A stretch of 46,591 nucleotides of DNA. Origin: Kiritimatiellia bacterium (GTDB lineage: Bacteria > Verrucomicrobiota > Kiritimatiellia > RFP12 > UBA1067). Where the stretch lies: positions 1-46,591 of the forward strand of contig JAFUDL010000537.1 in assembly GCA_017459225.1 (NCBI GenBank), written 5' to 3'. Shown piece after piece: positions 43,813-46,591 of this stretch; position 1 is the first letter of the stretch, and each line of letters opens with the position of its first letter. Both the position numbers and the translations under genes were made by a program. A model generated the notes under the pieces. It saw only the letters and a program-made list of their open reading frames with translations, had not been told where the DNA came from and searched no databases.

Positions 43813-44939
43813 GTCTCTCCAGGCAGCAGATGATAGGCGCCGTGGGCGCGGGCATTTTCGTGGTGTGCGCAGGCGGTCTTGGCTGGATGCTCTATTCGGC
43901 GTGGTCCGACAAGGGCGAAGTCGAGGAGAGGGTGACCGAGGAGACAGATGCGTTCAGGCGCTTCAACGAGTCTGCGATCTATCCATCCAAGGCGTCGATC
44001 GACAGCGTAAAGTCAAACGAGACGAGCTATGCCCAGTGGTATGATTCGGCCGTGACGCTTGCGGCGCGCGGCGACAGGGCCATGCAGATAGAATCGGCCT
44101 CGAAGTTCAAGCAGCTGCTTGAACGCGAGGTGCGCCGCGTGCGCGAACTTCCCGGCGGCGCCGGCGGAAAGATCTCTGCGCCCACATTCCTCTTCGGTTT
44201 CGAGCAGTATCTCGGCGAAGGCGGAGTGCTGCCGAAGGAGGCGGATGTGCCTCGCCTTGCGGTGCAGCTTGGATCGATATGCCGCCTTGCCGACGCTTTC
44301 GCCGAGGCTGGCGTGTACGAGGTGAAGTCCGTCACGCGCCTTGAGGAGAAGTCCGACAAGTCGGAAAGAGAGGATTCCGGCTCGTCGTCTTCCGCCAAGA
44401 ACAAGAAGCAGGCTGCGAACAAGGAGGCGGAGGACGCGCCCAAGATGACGAAGGAGTCGTATGCGTTCGAGATTCTGGCGCGTCCGACGGCCATCGTCCA
44501 GGTGTTGAACAAGCTCACGGCGTGCGAACGGTTTGTTGTGGTGCGCAACCTCTCGTTCAGGCAGTCGGTTGATTCGATTGTGGACCACATCGCAGCGGCG
44601 AAGAAGGCCGAGGATGCCAAGAACGCGCCAAGCACCGGCTCACGTCGTCGTCGCGGCGCTGCCGCGGCGCCGGCTGACGCAAATCCCGAAGCGCTGGCGC
44701 TCGCGAGCAGAATCGTGGCCGATCCCGAGGGCGACGAGCCGCTAACGGTGTCGTTCACGCTCGACGTGTACGACTTCGGCCGTCCCGCGCAGGCGTCCGC
44801 CGCGCAGGAGACCAAGGACGCCGATGCGGCTCCCGCAGACGCCGGCAAGGCGGATTCCGCGAAACCGTCTGCCGCGGATGCCAAGGCCGAGGAGAAGAAG
44901 CCCGCCGAGAAGAAGGCGGAGAAGGGGGATTTTGAATGA
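43809..44939 (+). CDS. Amuc_1100-like pilus-associated membrane-anchored protein (PilO position)
   Basis: The start overlaps the upstream stop as ATGA. It has an N-terminal transmembrane segment. Blocks such as FGFEQY, LAVQLGSICRLADAFAEAGV and FVVVRNLSFRQ parallel my recollection of Akkermansia Amuc_1100. The C-terminal tail is Ala/Lys/Glu-rich. Confidence 0.55.
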   Translation: MSLSRQQMIGAVGAGIFVVCAGGLGWMLYSAWSDKGEVEERVTEETDAFRRFNESAIYPSKASIDSVKSNETSYAQWYDSAVTLAARGDRAMQIESASKFKQLLEREVRRVRELPGGAGGKISAPTFLFGFEQYLGEGGVLPKEADVPRLAVQLGSICRLADAFAEAGVYEVKSVTRLEEKSDKSEREDSGSSSSAKNKKQAANKEAEDAPKMTKESYAFEILARPTAIVQVLNKLTACERFVVVRNLSFRQSVDSIVDHIAAAKKAEDAKNAPSTGSRRRRGAAAAPADANPEALALASRIVADPEGDEPLTVSFTLDVYDFGRPAQASAAQETKDADAAPADAGKADSAKPSAADAKAEEKKPAEKKAEKGDFE

Positions 44940-46051
44940 GCGCCTCCAAGCAGAATTTCTTTGCGGCGCATTGGGACTGGCTTGTGGCTGCGGTGGGCTT
45001 CGCCGTGCTCGCCGCCGCTGCTGCGTTGTACGCGATGTCCCTCGGCGATTCGCCCGAGGCCAGCGCCAACGCCTATGAGGCGCAGCTCAAGACGATGACG
45101 CCTTCCCACGAAGGCGTGCCAAGCGCAAACCTTGACTTGCTCCAGAAGGCGCTGCGCCAGATGAAGACGCCGCCGCGTCTTGACGCGGTCAACGCCAAGA
45201 AGGCGAACTTCCTCGCGAGCGAGGGACGCGTCTTCTGCCAGCAGGGCGACAGCGACCCCAAGGCCAAGAAGGGCTGCGGCAAGCCTATTCCCGCAGAGGC
45301 CGAGCTGTGCCCCTTCTGCGGCGTGAAGCAGCACGTGGTGAAGATCGAGGCCGATGCAGACCATGACGGCATGTCGAACGAATGGGAGCTCAAGTACGGT
45401 CTGAACCCGAACGATCCGAGCGACGCAAAGAAGGATCTCGACGGCGACGGCTTCACCAACTACGAGGAGTTCCTAGCGGGGACCGATCCTAGGGACAAGG
45501 AGTCGCATCCCGATTATGCCGACTCGCTCGTCGTCTCGGCTCCGCTCAAGCACACCTCCCTGCCGTTCTACTTCTACGCCTACAGCAGAGTGCGCAATGG
45601 CTATCGCTTCACGTTCCGCCGCAAGGATGCGAAGAACAAGTTCGACAGCACTCTCTCCGCGCTCTTGAACGACGAGATCCGCTCGCCCGACGGCAAGATG
45701 AAGACCGGGTGGAAGGTGACTGCGTTCGAGCAGAAGGAAGAACGCCGCACGATTCCTGGCTCGAAGGATCCCAACCTCAAGCGCGCAGTGGATGTTTCCA
45801 CTGTGGAGCTCAAGAGGGAGAAGGACGGCAAGACCCTCACGGTCGCCCTCCGCGTGCCGGACATCGCAGTGGAGACCGAAACGGAGCTCACCTACAAGCG
45901 TGGCACGGAACGCAAGTTCGTCGTCACCAAGGGCACTGAATTCGAGCTCAACGGCAGCAAATACCGCGTGGAAAAGCTTGCCGCAGTTGAGAACGGATGC
46001 GAAGTCACCATTGTCGATCTGAAAACAAAAAAAGAAAAAATCGTACGTTGA
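44936..46051 (+). CDS. Membrane-anchored zinc-ribbon plus TSP3-motif protein with PilP-like beta C-terminus (Amuc_1099 position)
   Basis: The start is an ATGA overlap. It has the transmembrane segment WDWLVAAVGFAVLAAAAALYA and the zinc ribbon CQQGDSDPKAKKGCGKPIPAEAELCPFCG. It also carries DADHDGMSNEWELKYGLNPNDPSDAKKDLDGDGFTNYEEFLAGTDP. Confidence 0.6.
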   Translation: MSASKQNFFAAHWDWLVAAVGFAVLAAAAALYAMSLGDSPEASANAYEAQLKTMTPSHEGVPSANLDLLQKALRQMKTPPRLDAVNAKKANFLASEGRVFCQQGDSDPKAKKGCGKPIPAEAELCPFCGVKQHVVKIEADADHDGMSNEWELKYGLNPNDPSDAKKDLDGDGFTNYEEFLAGTDPRDKESHPDYADSLVVSAPLKHTSLPFYFYAYSRVRNGYRFTFRRKDAKNKFDSTLSALLNDEIRSPDGKMKTGWKVTAFEQKEERRTIPGSKDPNLKRAVDVSTVELKREKDGKTLTVALRVPDIAVETETELTYKRGTERKFVVTKGTEFELNGSKYRVEKLAAVENGCEVTIVDLKTKKEKIVR

Positions 46052-46109
46052 TGCTTGATTCATCAGCCAAAATGGGGTATCATAGTAAAACCTTTCAAGG
46101 AGCAATTCG

Positions 46110-46591
46110 ATGAGAGCCAATAAAACACTCGCCGCATTGGGCGCCACATTCCTTTCTCTCGCTTTCACAGCGAGCGTTGTCGCGGATGATCTAGATGATC
46201 TTCTTAACGACGACCCCAAACCGCCAAAAAAGGCAGAGATTGCGAAGCCGGTTGAACCCAACAATTCTGCGCCTGTCGCGAAGCAAGCTGAGCCTGCTCC
46301 CGCAGAGCCCGCGAAGCCCGCCGTGGCCAAGCCCGATGTGAAGCCTGTGCCCGCGAAGCCTGTTGCGCCTGAGGCGAAACCCGCTCCTGCACCTGCGAAG
46401 CCCGCAGAGCCCGCGATTGACGATCTTGATCCTCTCAACGACGCTCCTGCAAAGGCCGCTCCTGCCGCAAAGCCTGAGGTGAAGCCTGCGGAACCTGTGC
46501 CCGAGGTGAAGCCTGCTGAGCCGCCGCATCCCGAAGCGGAGCTCATCAGCGACTTGATGGAGACGGAGAAGCTGCGCCGCCAGTCGCTCGA
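46110..46591 (+). CDS. Secreted protein with Pro/Ala/Lys-rich linker, 3-prime end cut by window (position expected for the cluster secretin)
   Basis: This ORF is absent from the track because no stop is reached. AAGGAG (46097-46102) lies 7 nt before ATG 46110. I translated 160 codons by hand without a stop: MRANKTLAALGATFLSLAFTASVVA, then (K/E)P(A/V)-rich repeats. The secretin call rests on synteny only. Confidence 0.6.
   Translation, partial: MRANKTLAALGATFLSLAFTASVVADDLDDLLNDDPKPPKKAEIAKPVEPNNSAPVAKQAEPAPAEPAKPAVAKPDVKPVPAKPVAPEAKPAPAPAKPAEPAIDDLDPLNDAPAKAAPAAKPEVKPAEPVPEVKPAEPPHPEAELISDLMETEKLRRQSL

Overview
High-GC bacterial chromosomal window. The gene content suggests the PVC superphylum, Verrucomicrobiota-like; this is an inference, not a search result. 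I support about 30 protein genes and one tRNA-Leu(UAG). I saw no rRNA, CRISPR array, transposase or integrase. Left arm (1-16.6 kb, 9 of 12 genes on the minus strand): glycan and envelope genes (GH39-like, CE15-like, GT2, CapD-like dehydratase, family VIII serine hydrolase, FG-GAP propeller, GH89-like hydrolase, ArsB/NhaD-type permease, EIIA-CBS protein), ending with mnmG (gidA). A 1,775-nt non-coding island packed with repeats and holding an AT-rich core follows. Right arm (18.9-46.6 kb, every gene on the plus strand): patatin, DEDDh exonuclease, AEC permease, a Gfo/Idh/MocA-isomerase trio, the tRNA, a small lipoprotein, a 4,007-aa secreted LamG/TSP3/PKD giant protein, ackA-pta-kpsF, and a type IV pilus-like cluster that from memory resembles the Akkermansia Amuc_1098-1102 locus. 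Main hunt results: (1) six perfect copies of the 16-bp palindrome GTTTCCACGTGGAAAC, a parS-like centromere motif, sit in frame inside a roughly 230-codon insertion in mnmG. (2) The adjacent non-coding island is a candidate oriC, supported by the gene-strand switch, the AT-rich core, DnaA-box-like TTGTTCACA motifs and the gidA neighbourhood. (3) Almost every intergenic gap is built from dispersed repeat families and 7-9-nt short-period arrays shared between loci, and some run into CDS 3-prime ends. (4) Seven first-in-unit genes have a TGnTATAAT-like -10 element 6-7 nt before the start codon, which implies leaderless mRNAs. (5) The giant protein and a pilus-cluster protein share thrombospondin-type-3 motifs. 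All family calls come from motifs read by eye and need HMM or BLAST confirmation.
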